Both the position numbers and the translations under genes were made by a program. The notes under the pieces are model-generated. The model had not been told where the DNA came from and did no database searches. It saw only the letters and a list, made by a program, of their open reading frames with translations. A stretch of DNA of 64,000 bases. Origin: Candidatus Coprovivens sp. (GTDB lineage Bacteria; Bacillota_I; Bacilli_A; RF39; UBA660). Of the stretch, positions 1-11,945 are shown in pieces. The stretch lies in contig JBJFGS010000038.1 in the NCBI GenBank assembly GCA_051892935.1, forward strand, positions 32,001 to 96,000, read 5' to 3'. How positions within the stretch are numbered: position 1 is the stretch's first letter; every line of letters starts with the position of its first letter.

Positions 1-88
1 CGAAGATGACTTTAATTACAACGAGTCATATAGTATTTTTTAAAAAGAACAGCAATGTTCTTTTTTTATAGAAAAAAAGTATTATATT

Positions 89-853
89 CTAAAACATAAT
101 ACTTAAAAATGAATTAATTGGTTCCATAAATATAAATACCAAATATAAACCAACTATTAAAAATGGTCCAAAAGGAATCTCTTTCTGTTTATTAGATAAG
201 GAAAAATAAACAGCATATGGAAAAGCTAAAAATGAACCAACTACTAAAGATACTATACTTAGTCTAATTCCAAGTACAAATCCAAAAAACATTGAAAGCT
301 TAATATCCCCTCCCCCTAATGATTCTTGTTTAAACATCTTATTCCCTATAAATCTAATACACAACATAAAAATAAATATTAAAATACCACTACACAATGA
401 AATCAAAAAAGTTTGAAAATCAAAAAAATAAAATTTAAAAAATAAGACCAATAAACTAAAAACAAATAAAGGACCATCAGATATAATAAGATATTTAAAA
501 TCACTAACAAAAATAATAATAGCTAAAAGAGTTAACACTATCATTATAATCATTTCATAACTAAAACCATACATCATAAATGAAAACGAAAATAATAATC
601 CACATAATAATTCTAAAAAAGGATACCATAAAGATAATTCTTTATTGCAATATTTACATTCACCTTTACTTAAAAAGAAAGAAAAAATAGGAATTAATTC
701 ATACCATTTATATTTTGAATTACAATTATCACAAATATTTAAAACCTCTTTTTCCTTTAAAGGACCCTTTAACCCAACAATAACTGCAAGTTCTCCAAAA
801 AATACACCTAAAAAAAATAAACCAATAATAATGTATATATCTACAATCATCAT
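89..853 (-). CDS. Prepilin peptidase (A24 family, ComC/PilD-like)
   Basis: CxxC...CxxC zinc motif (CDNC, CKYC), WYELIPIFSF, catalytic GGGDIKL, C-terminal IPFGPFL, multiple TM segments. Confidence 0.9.
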   Translation of the reverse strand: MMIVDIYIIIGLFFLGVFFGELAVIVGLKGPLKEKEVLNICDNCNSKYKWYELIPIFSFFLSKGECKYCNKELSLWYPFLELLCGLLFSFSFMMYGFSYEMIIMIVLTLLAIIIFVSDFKYLIISDGPLFVFSLLVLFFKFYFFDFQTFLISLCSGILIFIFMLCIRFIGNKMFKQESLGGGDIKLSMFFGFVLGIRLSIVSLVVGSFLAFPYAVYFSLSNKQKEIPFGPFLIVGLYLVFIFMEPINSFLSIMF

Positions 854-931
854 ATCACCTAACTTATACCCCTATTACAATAAAATTATACCATAATAAG
901 TTAAATTTGTAATTATGAAACATATAATATA

Positions 932-1189
932 GTGGTGATAATTATGAATAATAATCTATCAATAACAAAAATAATTACTACATTATCAAAAACACTTAAC
1001 ATTGCTAACCAAATGGTTCCATTATACAAACAAGTTAAACCTTTAATTATAAAATCAAATGAGATACTAGCCAATGCTAATAGTTTTAAAAAGAAAATTA
1101 ATTCCCAATATACGCCTCAAAAAAATAAAACAAATACTCAACAACAAAGTAATAATATAACTAATAACCTTCCTACTTTTTTCCAATAA
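932..1189 (+). CDS. Small protein, possibly YqfQ/VrrA-like
   Basis: KTLNIANQMVPLYKQVKPL resembles the YqfQ core from memory; position near trmK as in Bacillus; probable start ATG 944 after a GGTGAT RBS. Confidence 0.45.
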   Translation: MVIIMNNNLSITKIITTLSKTLNIANQMVPLYKQVKPLIIKSNEILANANSFKKKINSQYTPQKNKTNTQQQSNNITNNLPTFFQ

Positions 1190-1193
1190 AAAA

Positions 1194-1847
1194 CTATTTC
1201 TTAATTTTTGAAATAGCTTTTTTTAAATCTATTATTTTAAATAAACATATAAATTTAGCTTTAAAACTTGTCAAAGGAATATTATTAAAAACTTTTTTCA
1301 TTGAATCTAATAAATACTTATTATATAAATCATTATTTAACAAACCATACTTAATTACTTCAATATCATTCTTCATATCATCTTTTACAAAACAACAAGT
1401 AATATACCATTTTGCTTTATCAAATGTATATACTTCATCTTTTAAGTAATAACCCTTATTATTTAACTCACTTCTCAAAAGTTCATGATCGTTATTAGAT
1501 TGAATTATTAATTTCTTAACATTCTTCAATCTACTAGCATCACCCAATATATGTAAAATAGTATTAGTACCCATTCCAGAAATAACCAAAGTATTAATTC
1601 CTTTTAAATCTACATCTTTAATTCCATCACTTAAAACAGTTTCAATATCTAAATTTCTTTTTTTTATATTATTAATTGCGCTATTTAAAGCGTTCTGATT
1701 GATATCACTTGCAATAACCTTACTAACCAATTTATTTTCTACTAAGTAAATACTTAATAAACCATGATCACATCCAACATCAACAATTCTATCTTCTTTA
1801 GAAACAAATTCAACTATCGCTTTTAATCTATTACTTATCTTAGTCAC
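1194..1847 (-). CDS. trmK: tRNA (adenine22-N1)-methyltransferase
   Basis: [14 protein letters not shown] and IIQSN motifs; directly downstream of rpoD. Confidence 0.92.
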   Translation of the reverse strand: MTKISNRLKAIVEFVSKEDRIVDVGCDHGLLSIYLVENKLVSKVIASDINQNALNSAINNIKKRNLDIETVLSDGIKDVDLKGINTLVISGMGTNTILHILGDASRLKNVKKLIIQSNNDHELLRSELNNKGYYLKDEVYTFDKAKWYITCCFVKDDMKNDIEVIKYGLLNNDLYNKYLLDSMKKVFNNIPLTSFKAKFICLFKIIDLKKAISKIKK

Positions 1848-2940
1848 TTAAAAAATCTTTTAATTTTTTAGCTCTAGAAGGATGTCTAAGTTTTCTTAAA
1901 GCTTTAGCTTCTATTTGTCTAATTCTTTCTCTTGTTACATTGAATTTTTTTCCAACTTCTTCAAGTGTATGACTAGTACCATCAACTAAACCAAATCTTA
2001 ATTCCAATACTTCTTGTTCTCTTTCTTGAAGTGTCATTAAGACATTTTTTATTTCTTCTTTCAATATTTCATTAGTTGCATATTCTTCAGGACTCATACT
2101 TCTTTCATCTTTAATAAAGTCACCTAAATGTGAATCATCTTCTTCTCCAATTGGTGTATCCAAAGAAACAGGATCTTGACTAATTTTCATTACTTCTCTT
2201 ACTTTTTCGACAGTAATGCCCATCTTTTCAGCAAGTTCTTCTTCACTAGGTTCTCTATTTAATTCCAAAGTCATTTGTCGTTGTACTCTAGCCATTTTAT
2301 TAATTGTTTCAACCATATGTACAGGAACACGAATAGTTCTAGCTTGATCAGCTAATGCACGAGTAATAGCTTGTCTAATCCACCAAGTAGCATAAGTTGA
2401 AAATTTATATCCTTTACCATAATCGAATTTTTCAACTGCCTTCATTAGACCAATATTACCTTCTTGGATTAAATCCAAAAATAATAAACCTCTTCCAACA
2501 TATCTTTTAGCAATAGACACAACTAAACGTAAATTAGATTCAGCTAAAATATTTTTAGCATCTTCATCACCATTAGCAATTCTTACAGAAAGTTCTAATT
2601 CTTCTTCAGTACTAAGAAGACTAATACGACCAATTTCTTTTAAATACATTCTAACAGGATCATTTATATTAATATCCTTAGTGATTTCCTCATCAGATAA
2701 TACTAAGTTTTCTTCTTCCTGAGAATCCATTTTCGGTCCATCTGCACCACCAGCATCCTCAGCAACTACATCAATACCATTTTCCATTAACGAATTATAT
2801 AAATCATCCAAAGAATCATTATCAATATCTAAACCTTTCAAAGCTTCAGCTAATTGTTCAAAAGTTAAAATACTATTATTCTTTTTACCTAATTCAATTA
2901 ACTCTTTTTTTCTTTCTTCAAAACTCTTTATTTCAACCAT
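1840..2940 (-). CDS. rpoD: RNA polymerase primary sigma factor SigA/RpoD
   Basis: [63 protein letters not shown]. Confidence 0.99.
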   Translation of the reverse strand: MVEIKSFEERKKELIELGKKNNSILTFEQLAEALKGLDIDNDSLDDLYNSLMENGIDVVAEDAGGADGPKMDSQEEENLVLSDEEITKDININDPVRMYLKEIGRISLLSTEEELELSVRIANGDEDAKNILAESNLRLVVSIAKRYVGRGLLFLDLIQEGNIGLMKAVEKFDYGKGYKFSTYATWWIRQAITRALADQARTIRVPVHMVETINKMARVQRQMTLELNREPSEEELAEKMGITVEKVREVMKISQDPVSLDTPIGEEDDSHLGDFIKDERSMSPEEYATNEILKEEIKNVLMTLQEREQEVLELRFGLVDGTSHTLEEVGKKFNVTRERIRQIEAKALRKLRHPSRAKKLKDFLSD

Positions 2941-2942
2941 AC

Positions 2943-4694
2943 CTACACATCCTCTTTTTTTAGCTCTGCTATTTGCATAGCTATTTTCATTTTTTTATCT
3001 ACATCAAGCTCATTTTTCATTAGTACTTTAAGTCGTTTAATTTCATTTTTTATCATTACTTTTGAAACAGCTTCTATATATTCATCCATAGCTTCTATTG
3101 TTACATCATCATTTGCAGAATCATTAACAATTTCCATTACCTTTTCTTTAATATCATCTTTATCGATTATATATGTAATGAAATCCGCCACAGTTATTGC
3201 TCCATTTATTTCACAAAAATATACAATTTCATTTGCAATTTCTCTATAAATAGGTTCACTAAAGAAACCAAGTTTTTTTTGATACAACCTTATATATTGT
3301 TCCCCATTCATCATAAAATACAATATTTTTTCAGAACCAATCATATAAGCATCCTTATGAACCTTCTCTTTAATTTTAGGTTCAATATTATGTTTTACTT
3401 CAATTGGAGAAAACTCTAACATCTTATTCTTAAGAACATCCAAAGATAAATCATAATCTTTAGATAATTTATTTAAAGTAATCTCTCTTAATATCAAATC
3501 ATTATTATTAGCCAAATTTTTTAATACATCATTAATATATGATGATAAATCTTCAACATTATTTAAATCTTTGTTTTGTTTAAGATAATTCATCTTAAAT
3601 TCAAAAAATGATAAAGGCTTATTTACATTTTCTAAAAATGCATCACTACCATTAGCTAAAATATATTCATCAGGATCTTTTTGGCCACTTAATCTAATAA
3701 CATATGTTTCAACATCATTCTTTATTAGTTCCTCACCATTATTTACAGTAGCTATTAATCCTGCATTATCATTATCTAAACACAATATTACTTTAACTCT
3801 TAATTTTTTTAATAAATTAATTTGCTCTTGTGTCATTGCCGTTCCTTGAAGAGCAACAACATTTTTTAACCCCGAAGTAGCTATTCTAATAGCATCCATA
3901 AATCCTTCAACAACTATAATTTGCTTTTCTCTTTTAGCAACATCTTTAGCATTATGATAATTATATAATGTTTCACCTTTTTTAAAAATTTTTGATTCCC
4001 TACTATTCATATATTTAGAAACATCTTTTTCACCACGATATATTCTTGCACTAAATCCTACTATATTTCCATCTTTATCCCATAATGGAAAAGTAATTCT
4101 TCTACTAAACATATCATAGTTTTTACCATTAACATTATTAACTAAACCAATATCTATTAATTTATTAATATCATAATTCTTTTTAGTTAATAATGTCATT
4201 AAAGAATCATTACTATCAATACTTAAGCCAATGCCAAACTCTTTTATGACATCTTCATCCATACCACGATTCTTTAAATAAGATAATGCCTCTTTCCCAA
4301 CATCAGTTCTTAAATTATTTTGAAAAAACTTTTGAGCTAATTTCATTATTTCAAATTCTTCCTTATGAAGATTTGAAGTATTACTTTTCAAAGTAGATTG
4401 TGATAATTCCATTCCACATTTACTAGCAACTATTGAAACAGCTTCAATAAAAGAAACATTTTCATATTCAGAAACAAAAGTAAAAACATTACCTGTTGCA
4501 CCACAGGAAAAACACTTATAAATTTGTTTTTCAGAAGATAAGCTCATACTAGGAGAATGATCATCATGAAAAGGACAAACACAAAAATAGTTTTTACCTC
4601 TTTGAGTCAAAGGAATATAACTACCGATAATAGAGATGATATCTGCTTTTGCTCTAATAGCATTAATTTCGTCATTACTAACTAAGGCCATCAA
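2943..4694 (-). CDS. dnaG: DNA primase
   Basis: CHC2 zinc finger [10 protein letters not shown]...CFSC, TOPRIM EGFMD and DNDNAG, KDPDE. Confidence 0.98.
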   Translation of the reverse strand: MMALVSNDEINAIRAKADIISIIGSYIPLTQRGKNYFCVCPFHDDHSPSMSLSSEKQIYKCFSCGATGNVFTFVSEYENVSFIEAVSIVASKCGMELSQSTLKSNTSNLHKEEFEIMKLAQKFFQNNLRTDVGKEALSYLKNRGMDEDVIKEFGIGLSIDSNDSLMTLLTKKNYDINKLIDIGLVNNVNGKNYDMFSRRITFPLWDKDGNIVGFSARIYRGEKDVSKYMNSRESKIFKKGETLYNYHNAKDVAKREKQIIVVEGFMDAIRIATSGLKNVVALQGTAMTQEQINLLKKLRVKVILCLDNDNAGLIATVNNGEELIKNDVETYVIRLSGQKDPDEYILANGSDAFLENVNKPLSFFEFKMNYLKQNKDLNNVEDLSSYINDVLKNLANNNDLILREITLNKLSKDYDLSLDVLKNKMLEFSPIEVKHNIEPKIKEKVHKDAYMIGSEKILYFMMNGEQYIRLYQKKLGFFSEPIYREIANEIVYFCEINGAITVADFITYIIDKDDIKEKVMEIVNDSANDDVTIEAMDEYIEAVSKVMIKNEIKRLKVLMKNELDVDKKMKIAMQIAELKKEDV

Positions 4695-4878
4695 AAATCA
4701 CCCCCTCACTTATAATTATTATAGGTAATATATTTATTTCCTTTTTTTATTTGCATATTTTTACAAAAAAACCTCAAATACCACAATATTTTATCACATT
4801 TTCGCCTTTTTCGAGTAAAAAATTCAAAATGATTAACCAAATAAAAAAGGAAATCACTATTTCCTTTTTTACAGCAAA

Positions 4879-5445
4879 TTATAAACCAAAACCAGTTCCT
4901 TGATTTAAATCTTCTTCAAATTTATGACTAACCATACTACTAATATAGCATCCTAAATATGTATAAGAATTTTTAAATGATTCCAACTCATAATATTTAC
5001 TATATTGTTCTTTTGCAATTCTACCTAATGCTCTAATACTCTCAGTATCACTAGATATTTCAGCTTTTTCTATCAGACCAACAGTTCTCATATAATTATT
5101 TTGAACTACAGAAGCTTCACTAGTCAAAGAAACACTTTTTAGCAACAAATAATTATATAATTCTTCCTTTTGTTCTAAAGGTAAATGATGAATTTTAGAA
5201 TAAATTTCAGAAATCATTATATTAGTCTTTTCTAATAAAGTTGTATAGACATTACTTAAATCATGTTTATTATTATTTTCATCTAAACTAGATATAGACT
5301 CATCATCTAAACCTAAATCTTTATAATTACATGTTACAGAAGTAGAATATAAGAATTCAGGTAAATTATGTAATTTAGCATTAAGTCTTCTAACAATATA
5401 AATCAATTTTACATATTCATCTATATAATTGTAAATTTCTTGCAT
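4879..5445 (-). CDS. Hypothetical protein
   Basis: 188-aa ORF with AAGGGG RBS and a downstream hairpin; no motif recognised. Confidence 0.6.
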   Translation of the reverse strand: MQEIYNYIDEYVKLIYIVRRLNAKLHNLPEFLYSTSVTCNYKDLGLDDESISSLDENNNKHDLSNVYTTLLEKTNIMISEIYSKIHHLPLEQKEELYNYLLLKSVSLTSEASVVQNNYMRTVGLIEKAEISSDTESIRALGRIAKEQYSKYYELESFKNSYTYLGCYISSMVSHKFEEDLNQGTGFGL

Positions 5446-5473
5446 ATAATACTTCCCCTTTACAAGATATGTA

Positions 5474-6928
5474 TTATAACAAATTTTTTAAGAAAATCAA
5501 ATATTGCTCAAATATTCTTCTAATTATTAATATAAAAGAATTATCAATCTTAGTATCAGGTGCAAAAAATTCCTCACTATCATCACTAACAATTTCTTCT
5601 TCAATAAAATGATCATATAGAATATTATAGTGTTCTGTATCTCCATCATCTATTCTTTCTTCATAAGAATCAGAAAAAGTATAACAATCCAACCCCTCCA
5701 CCTGCTCTACTACATATTTGCCATAACCTAAAGTTATATAGCCATAACCGCTTTCATTTGTTTTAATATAACCAGCAATATTATTATCTCTATCATATAA
5801 AACAAATAAAGCATTAGCTTCATAAACACAATCATCATATTTACAAGAATATTTAACTAACTGAATATCATTTTTAATTAGTTTATTATATAAAATAATA
5901 TTAACATTTTTATTACTATCATCTATTAATACATTATATACATTTATATCCGGTACATATCCTATACCTACACTAATCTGTTTAATTTGATATTCTCCAT
6001 ACTCTAAAGATTCTGTTTTATAAACTAAAGGTTCATTTCCTGTACATACAGAATCAATTACTTCATTATCTTTATTAATAGTATAACAAGTATTACTAAA
6101 ATCACTTTCAATAGTATAAACACTATCATCATTCCTTATATCTAAAGTAATATCCCCTTTATTAACAAAAACATCTATCATAAGTTCTTTATTAACAACA
6201 TTACCGGGTTTAATAACATCCTGACTATTACTACTATCATATATAGTAACTTTATTATCATAATAATTACTTATTTTTTTAAATATCAATTTCCCATTAT
6301 CTAAAGCATTCTTAATCACTAAATTATTATTACTATCATAAGAATAATCAAAATCACTACTTACTATTTCATAATTCTTATTTAAGCCATCAATCACAAG
6401 ATTTTTATTATAATCAAGAATGTAATCTTTAACAAAATTAGGAACTATATCATGATTATTAACATCATTCAATATTTTCTGTTGTTCAACAATATATTTA
6501 TCAATTTTAGTTCCATTTAATGTCTTCGTAAAATATATATTGCCACCAATCTCTTTCCAAACTAAATACTGTGTTATAACATACCATTTACTATCAGTTC
6601 TTTCCCTATAACCATAACCATAATAAATAATTAATGATATTCTACGTTTTTGATTATCACTTAAATTTTTATATTCATAGATATCCTCATACAATTTATA
6701 ACTCTTACCATTTTCAAAACTAACAAATGGTTCCAAACAATACACTATATTCCCTTTATCATCTTTTATATATTGCATTGTCATATAATAAGTTTTACCA
6801 TTTATTTCTTTATTAATATATTCACCACTAATATAACTCCCCTCATAAAATGTATTTGCTTTAACAACACCAATTATCATAAAAAACATTCCTATAACAA
6901 ACATCAAACTTTTTAATATCTTTTTCAT
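5474..6928 (-). CDS. Surface protein with thioester (TED/TQXA) domain and SpaA/prealbumin-like repeats
   Basis: Signal peptide from MKKILK (ATG 6928), YCLEP and TQYLVW motifs, L.YG.Y...Q....GY repeats, APDT near the C-terminus. Confidence 0.7.
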   Translation of the reverse strand: MKKILKSLMFVIGMFFMIIGVVKANTFYEGSYISGEYINKEINGKTYYMTMQYIKDDKGNIVYCLEPFVSFENGKSYKLYEDIYEYKNLSDNQKRRISLIIYYGYGYRERTDSKWYVITQYLVWKEIGGNIYFTKTLNGTKIDKYIVEQQKILNDVNNHDIVPNFVKDYILDYNKNLVIDGLNKNYEIVSSDFDYSYDSNNNLVIKNALDNGKLIFKKISNYYDNKVTIYDSSNSQDVIKPGNVVNKELMIDVFVNKGDITLDIRNDDSVYTIESDFSNTCYTINKDNEVIDSVCTGNEPLVYKTESLEYGEYQIKQISVGIGYVPDINVYNVLIDDSNKNVNIILYNKLIKNDIQLVKYSCKYDDCVYEANALFVLYDRDNNIAGYIKTNESGYGYITLGYGKYVVEQVEGLDCYTFSDSYEERIDDGDTEHYNILYDHFIEEEIVSDDSEEFFAPDTKIDNSFILIIRRIFEQYLIFLKNLL

Positions 6929-7057
6929 TCCAAAACACTCCTTCATTAATTTTAATAAAAATATACTGAAAACACATACCACCCTTCACCCTATATTTAC
7001 TACATAAACAATCACATTTCCTTTTTTTATAAAAAAAATAAGTTGCTACCAACTTAT

Positions 7058-8140
7058 TTAATCTATAAAAACTCTTGGAACCCTATCTCCTATACAAGAT
7101 AAAATCTCATAATTAATAGTATCACACCAATTAGCTATTTCCTCCAATGTTATATTAACATTATCAAATATAAAGACTTCATCACCTACATTAACTTCAT
7201 TTAAATTACTAACATCTACCATAAACGAATCCATACAAACACTACCAACTATCTTACACTTTAAACCATTTATTAAAACATAACCTTTATTACTTAATGA
7301 TCTTCTTATTCCATCTGCATATCCAATACCAATAGTAGCAATTTTCATTTTCTTATCAGAAATATAACTTCTACCATAACTAATACTTGTTCCACTATCT
7401 ATCTCCTTTAAATAAGATATCTTACTTTTTAAAATAGCAATAGGTTTCAAATTAATCTTATCTAAAGTAGAATTACTCGAAGGATATCCATACATAATAA
7501 TTCCAGCTCTTACCATATTACATATATCAACCTTATAGTTTAATAAACCATTACTAGCACTACAATGTACATATTTAATAGTCTTTATCCTATCTTTAAT
7601 CTTAATAACACCATTATTAAATAATTCAATTTGTTTCATAGTATAATCATAATCATAATCAGCCGAAGAAAAATGTGTATACACTCCTTCCACTTCTATA
7701 TTATTAAAATCTTCTAAATCATTTATAAAAATATCCAAATCATTATAAGTTACACCAGTTCTATTCATACCTGTTTCTAACTCAATATGAACTCTAACTT
7801 TCTTATTACAATTATTTAATTTTTTTAAAAAATCAGTATTTGAAACTCCAACTACCAAATCATATCTAATAATATTATCTATATCTTCTATATATGGTTG
7901 ATTTAAAATAAATATATTTCCCATATATCCTATATCTCTTAAATTAATTCCTTCACTTACACAAGCAACAGCCACATAATTAAAATCTCTAATTAACTCT
8001 AAGCACTTATTTACATAAGTTCCATATCCATTAGCTTTAATAACAGGCATTATTTCTTTATCAGATACATATTTTTTTATTTGTTCTATATTATATTTAA
8101 AATTACTTTTACTTATTTCCATATAAGTTTGTCTATTCAT
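7058..8140 (-). CDS. alr: Alanine racemase
   Basis: PVIKANGYG (PLP lysine), ETGMNRTG, YTHFSSAD, GYADG, GSVCMD; start refined to ATG 8140 after GGTGAT. Confidence 0.96.
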   Translation of the reverse strand: MNRQTYMEISKSNFKYNIEQIKKYVSDKEIMPVIKANGYGTYVNKCLELIRDFNYVAVACVSEGINLRDIGYMGNIFILNQPYIEDIDNIIRYDLVVGVSNTDFLKKLNNCNKKVRVHIELETGMNRTGVTYNDLDIFINDLEDFNNIEVEGVYTHFSSADYDYDYTMKQIELFNNGVIKIKDRIKTIKYVHCSASNGLLNYKVDICNMVRAGIIMYGYPSSNSTLDKINLKPIAILKSKISYLKEIDSGTSISYGRSYISDKKMKIATIGIGYADGIRRSLSNKGYVLINGLKCKIVGSVCMDSFMVDVSNLNEVNVGDEVFIFDNVNITLEEIANWCDTINYEILSCIGDRVPRVFID

Positions 8141-8175
8141 AATATCACCCATATAACTAATTATATTCATAAATA

Positions 8176-8210
8176 ATAAAAAGTGAGTAATTTTAAATAC
8201 TCACTTTACT
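8176..8210. repeat. 35-bp direct repeat copy 1 (terminator hairpin)
   Basis: ataaaaagtgagtaattttaaatactcactttact, identical to 10221-10255; contains the inverted repeat aaagtgagta/tactcacttt followed by a T-tract on the minus strand. Confidence 0.9.
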
Positions 8211-8215
8211 CTTAG

Positions 8216-10156
8216 TTAACTTAACCATTTCAATTTATCTTTAAACATCCTTCTAAAAATTAAAATCAAAGATATAACACTTAAACCTAATATAATAATA
8301 ACATCAAATGTATTTGGATTATCAGGTATCTTAATAAAAGTAGCTTCAATCAAAACATCAGATGAAGGCATTGTAAAATGGTAATCAGTAAAAAACAATA
8401 TATTCCCATTTACATCCGTTACTTTAACTTTTTCAAGAATATATCCCTCTTTAGGAGTAACAATAAATTCAATTTCTTGACCACTAAATTCAGAACTTTT
8501 AGATACTTGTACCTCTCCATTACCATCTGTTTTAGTATAAATATAAAAAGGAAAATCATAATATAAAATCTGTTTACCTAATAAATCTTCATCACTACTA
8601 TAATCACCAATTCCAGTAGGACAATAAAAATTAAAATTTTCGATTAAAACAATAACTATAGCTTCATCTTTAACAAAAAGTATATTAGGTGACATATGAA
8701 TACTACTTACATCACCTGAAAAATCTCTTATAATATTACCTTTCTTATCAAAAATTTTAATATAAGAACCTTTTTGCGTATTCCAAGAAACTATCAAATA
8801 ATCACTTAAGTATTCTTGTATTTTAGCAGAATACATTTTAGTGAAACAAGGATAATTATCTGCATAATCTGGATATAACGACTTATCATCAACATCCCAA
8901 TCACTAAGATCCTTCATTGATAAAACATTATAATCCTTATCTAAGAAAAACAAAACAGACTTCTTTTCATATCTATTATTGATATCACGCGAAAGATATG
9001 CAACTACAAAGTATTTTCCACTATCATCTTTATAATAATCAAAGTCAGAATATAAATTAGTACCATCATCTAAATAATCATTAATAGAACTACTAATCAT
9101 ATAACTATCACTCATATTAGAATTAGAATTATTAATAGGAACAGCTTCTAAAGAAGTAACAGTCACTAAAGATAAATCATCAGAAACCTTTGAATATCTA
9201 TTATACAAAGCATCTCCATCATAAACATAAATATTTCCATTATTTAAATAAAATTCATAATGATAATCAGCTGGAGCATATTGTTTAAGAGCTTTTTTTG
9301 AATTAGAAATCGAATTTTCTTTAACTACTTTCAAATCTAAATTTAATAAATATAAATGTATAGTATAATAATTAAAACCATAATCGCTACTATTAGAATC
9401 CGTAGTTTTAGGTACATAACTTATTGAAGAAACATATATTTTATCGTTTAAAATATAATATTTAAACTTATACTGATTAATACCAGATTCCTTAAGATCA
9501 ATCGAAGCAATCAATTTTTTATTTTTATCATATTTATAAAAATAATTATCATAATGTACTAAAAAACTACCATCTGACAATGATGTAACTGGTTTAAAAG
9601 TATAATTATAATCAATATAAAGTTCATTTCCATAATAATCACCTACAACAAAAACATCATTCTTTTTCTCTACAGAAAATCCTCCAAAAAGACTAAAATC
9701 ATCCTTATTTAATAACTCTAAATTTGCATCAAATCTTTCAAAATAGATATTTATATTAGGTTTTGAAAGATTAGAAGAAAAAACTAAAAGTGAATCATCA
9801 TTTACAAAAAAATACTCAATTGTTCCAGTAACATATACAGAATTAACTTCTTTTAATTCTTCATTAATAAGTAATAGTTTATTGCTAAACACTAATATCA
9901 ATTCATCATCATCTAACTGAACAACCGAAAAATATTCCTTATAATCCATACTTTCGCTTTTATTACCATCTTTATCATAAGAATATAAAACAGTATCATT
10001 TTTAAAAAATATTTTATTATTAGTCAAATACGAATCAGATACATTCGGAATACTCTCTCTTATGCTCCATTTTAATTCTAATTTATCAATATTAGAAGCA
10101 TTAACAAAAAATGGAATCAATAATAAAACCAAAAATAAAAAAACATTCTTTTTCAT
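8216..10156 (-). CDS. Secreted/surface-anchored protein (beta-rich; C-terminal InlB-B-like repeat, NPNT motif and TM)
   Basis: N-terminal signal peptide, VTPKEGY...FTMPSSDVLIEATF repeat unit, PDNPNTFD followed by a hydrophobic helix and a basic tail. Confidence 0.7.
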   Translation of the reverse strand: MKKNVFLFLVLLLIPFFVNASNIDKLELKWSIRESIPNVSDSYLTNNKIFFKNDTVLYSYDKDGNKSESMDYKEYFSVVQLDDDELILVFSNKLLLINEELKEVNSVYVTGTIEYFFVNDDSLLVFSSNLSKPNINIYFERFDANLELLNKDDFSLFGGFSVEKKNDVFVVGDYYGNELYIDYNYTFKPVTSLSDGSFLVHYDNYFYKYDKNKKLIASIDLKESGINQYKFKYYILNDKIYVSSISYVPKTTDSNSSDYGFNYYTIHLYLLNLDLKVVKENSISNSKKALKQYAPADYHYEFYLNNGNIYVYDGDALYNRYSKVSDDLSLVTVTSLEAVPINNSNSNMSDSYMISSSINDYLDDGTNLYSDFDYYKDDSGKYFVVAYLSRDINNRYEKKSVLFFLDKDYNVLSMKDLSDWDVDDKSLYPDYADNYPCFTKMYSAKIQEYLSDYLIVSWNTQKGSYIKIFDKKGNIIRDFSGDVSSIHMSPNILFVKDEAIVIVLIENFNFYCPTGIGDYSSDEDLLGKQILYYDFPFYIYTKTDGNGEVQVSKSSEFSGQEIEFIVTPKEGYILEKVKVTDVNGNILFFTDYHFTMPSSDVLIEATFIKIPDNPNTFDVIIILGLSVISLILIFRRMFKDKLKWLS

Positions 10157-10220
10157 AATTACACGACCTTAATACACTACACTATTCATAAAAATTATAA
10201 CACATATAAAATAACAAAAT

Positions 10221-10255
10221 ATAAAAAGTGAGTAATTTTAAATACTCACTTTACT
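10221..10255. repeat. 35-bp direct repeat copy 2 (terminator hairpin)
   Basis: Exact copy of 8176-8210. Confidence 0.9.
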
Positions 10256-10279
10256 ATTTCTTAACTAATATTTTAAAAA

Positions 10280-10921
10280 TTAAACTACATATAAATAAAT
10301 CATAAAAAAGTGTAATATACTAGCACCAACTACAAAGAAATGAAATATAGAATGCATATATTTTTTCCTACGACCAATTGCATATAATATTGCTCCGATA
10401 GAATATACAATACCTCCACCAATTAATAAACACAATCCATTAATTGGGCAAGCATCAATCAATGGTTTAATAATAATTAAAGCTGCCCATCCTAACAATA
10501 AATTACAAGCTAAACAAACCTTATTATATTTATCAATATCTATACAATTTAAAACAACTGCTAAAATAGTGACAGCCCATACTATTCCAAATACTGTCCA
10601 TCCAAGACCACCACCAAGTAAAGACAAACAAATTGGTGTATAAGTACCAGCAACCATTAATAAAACATTACAATGATCCATAACTCTTAATACCTTTTTA
10701 CCTTTTAATTTAGGACTTAAAGAATGATAAATACAAGAAATAATATACAAAACAATCATTATAGAAGCATAAATAACTCCTGTAACAATTCCAATAGCAC
10801 TATTAGCTTTTATAATAAGTAAAACCAATGCCGCAATTGCCAAACCTGCTCCTACGCCATGACTAATGGCATTAACAATTTCTTCACCTAAAGTATATTT
10901 AGGTATACTAACTTTCCCCAT
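10280..10921 (-). CDS. Hemolysin III / PAQR family membrane protein
   Basis: EEIVNAISHG, SCIYH, DH...AGTYTP, HSIFHFFV; about 7 TM. Confidence 0.92.
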   Translation of the reverse strand: MGKVSIPKYTLGEEIVNAISHGVGAGLAIAALVLLIIKANSAIGIVTGVIYASIMIVLYIISCIYHSLSPKLKGKKVLRVMDHCNVLLMVAGTYTPICLSLLGGGLGWTVFGIVWAVTILAVVLNCIDIDKYNKVCLACNLLLGWAALIIIKPLIDACPINGLCLLIGGGIVYSIGAILYAIGRRKKYMHSIFHFFVVGASILHFFMIYLYVV

Positions 10922-10983
10922 AATATCACCTACAAACAATTATACACTAAAAATAATATGCAACTAATTAAATTTTATTAAAA

Positions 10984-11337
10984 CTAATTATTATTCTTTA
11001 TCGTACCTTGATGAAACAACAACTTACACTCATCACCAGTATCAACCCATATACTAGTCCTTAATGTTTCAAAAGCTTCACCTTCAATAGAAATATAATG
11101 AATTAAATAATACATATCTGAAAGTCGCTTAACTGTTAAATCTTTAATTTCAATATTTCTATTTTCAGAGCCAAACAAAGAGTCTACAATTTCTTTCTTA
11201 TAATAAATTAAACCACTTTTACCATATTCCATATAATCATCATGAAATATTCTATCTAAATATTCCCGATCATTCAAATACTCCTTTTTAAATAAGCTTT
11301 TCTCTAATTCATAAAACATAAATTCAAACTCATCCAT
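10984..11337 (-). CDS. DUF4440 / NTF2-like protein
   Basis: DDYMEYGKSG, RTSIW and LLFHQGT motifs. Confidence 0.8.
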   Translation of the reverse strand: MDEFEFMFYELEKSLFKKEYLNDREYLDRIFHDDYMEYGKSGLIYYKKEIVDSLFGSENRNIEIKDLTVKRLSDMYYLIHYISIEGEAFETLRTSIWVDTGDECKLLFHQGTIKNNN

Positions 11338-11405
11338 AAAATCACCTTACAAATATATTATACAATAATTAACTTAAACAAAAAAGAAATACAACATTTG
11401 TACTT

Positions 11406-11927
11406 CTATTTACTTAAACTAAGTTCTTCATCTGCATTTACTAAAACTACTTTTCCAAAATGACTATAATCATAATGATCAAAAGATTCATTATATATAG
11501 GACTAACAACTACCATTTCATTATTTATGTACCATACATCCATTCCATAAGTTTGAGTTGTTCCAATTTTAGTTCCTAAAGAAGTAAAATTTTCGATATC
11601 TAATATTTCATAGCCTTCAGGAACAGAAATAGATAATCTCTCTATATCTGTTGAATTTTTATTATCAAAATTATAACGAATCATAAAAACATGTTCACCA
11701 GGAGCAAATTCCTTACTTCCAGGTGCTACTTCATAACTATCAATATTATCAATATCAGACTTTTCAATTTTAGATGAATTATCTTTTAAATATTTTTCAC
11801 CATCAGTAATAACAATCATATCAGGATTCCCTGAAACATAAGCTTGGGTCTTTTCTCCACAACCACTAAGTAGCCCAACAGACACCGCAAGTGCCATAGT
11901 TAAACTTACTATTCTCTTTTTTTCCAT
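11406..11927 (-). CDS. Lipoprotein of unknown function
   Basis: Lipobox LSGC; shares the PEGYE domain with its neighbour. Confidence 0.7.
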   Translation of the reverse strand: MEKKRIVSLTMALAVSVGLLSGCGEKTQAYVSGNPDMIVITDGEKYLKDNSSKIEKSDIDNIDSYEVAPGSKEFAPGEHVFMIRYNFDNKNSTDIERLSISVPEGYEILDIENFTSLGTKIGTTQTYGMDVWYINNEMVVVSPIYNESFDHYDYSHFGKVVLVNADEELSLSK

Positions 11928-11945
11928 AATATCCCCCTATAATAA

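Noticed and set aside
1-30. Short inverted repeat atgact/agtcat at the window edge
   Set aside because: Truncated by the window boundary, and the ATG frame stops after five codons; not interpretable
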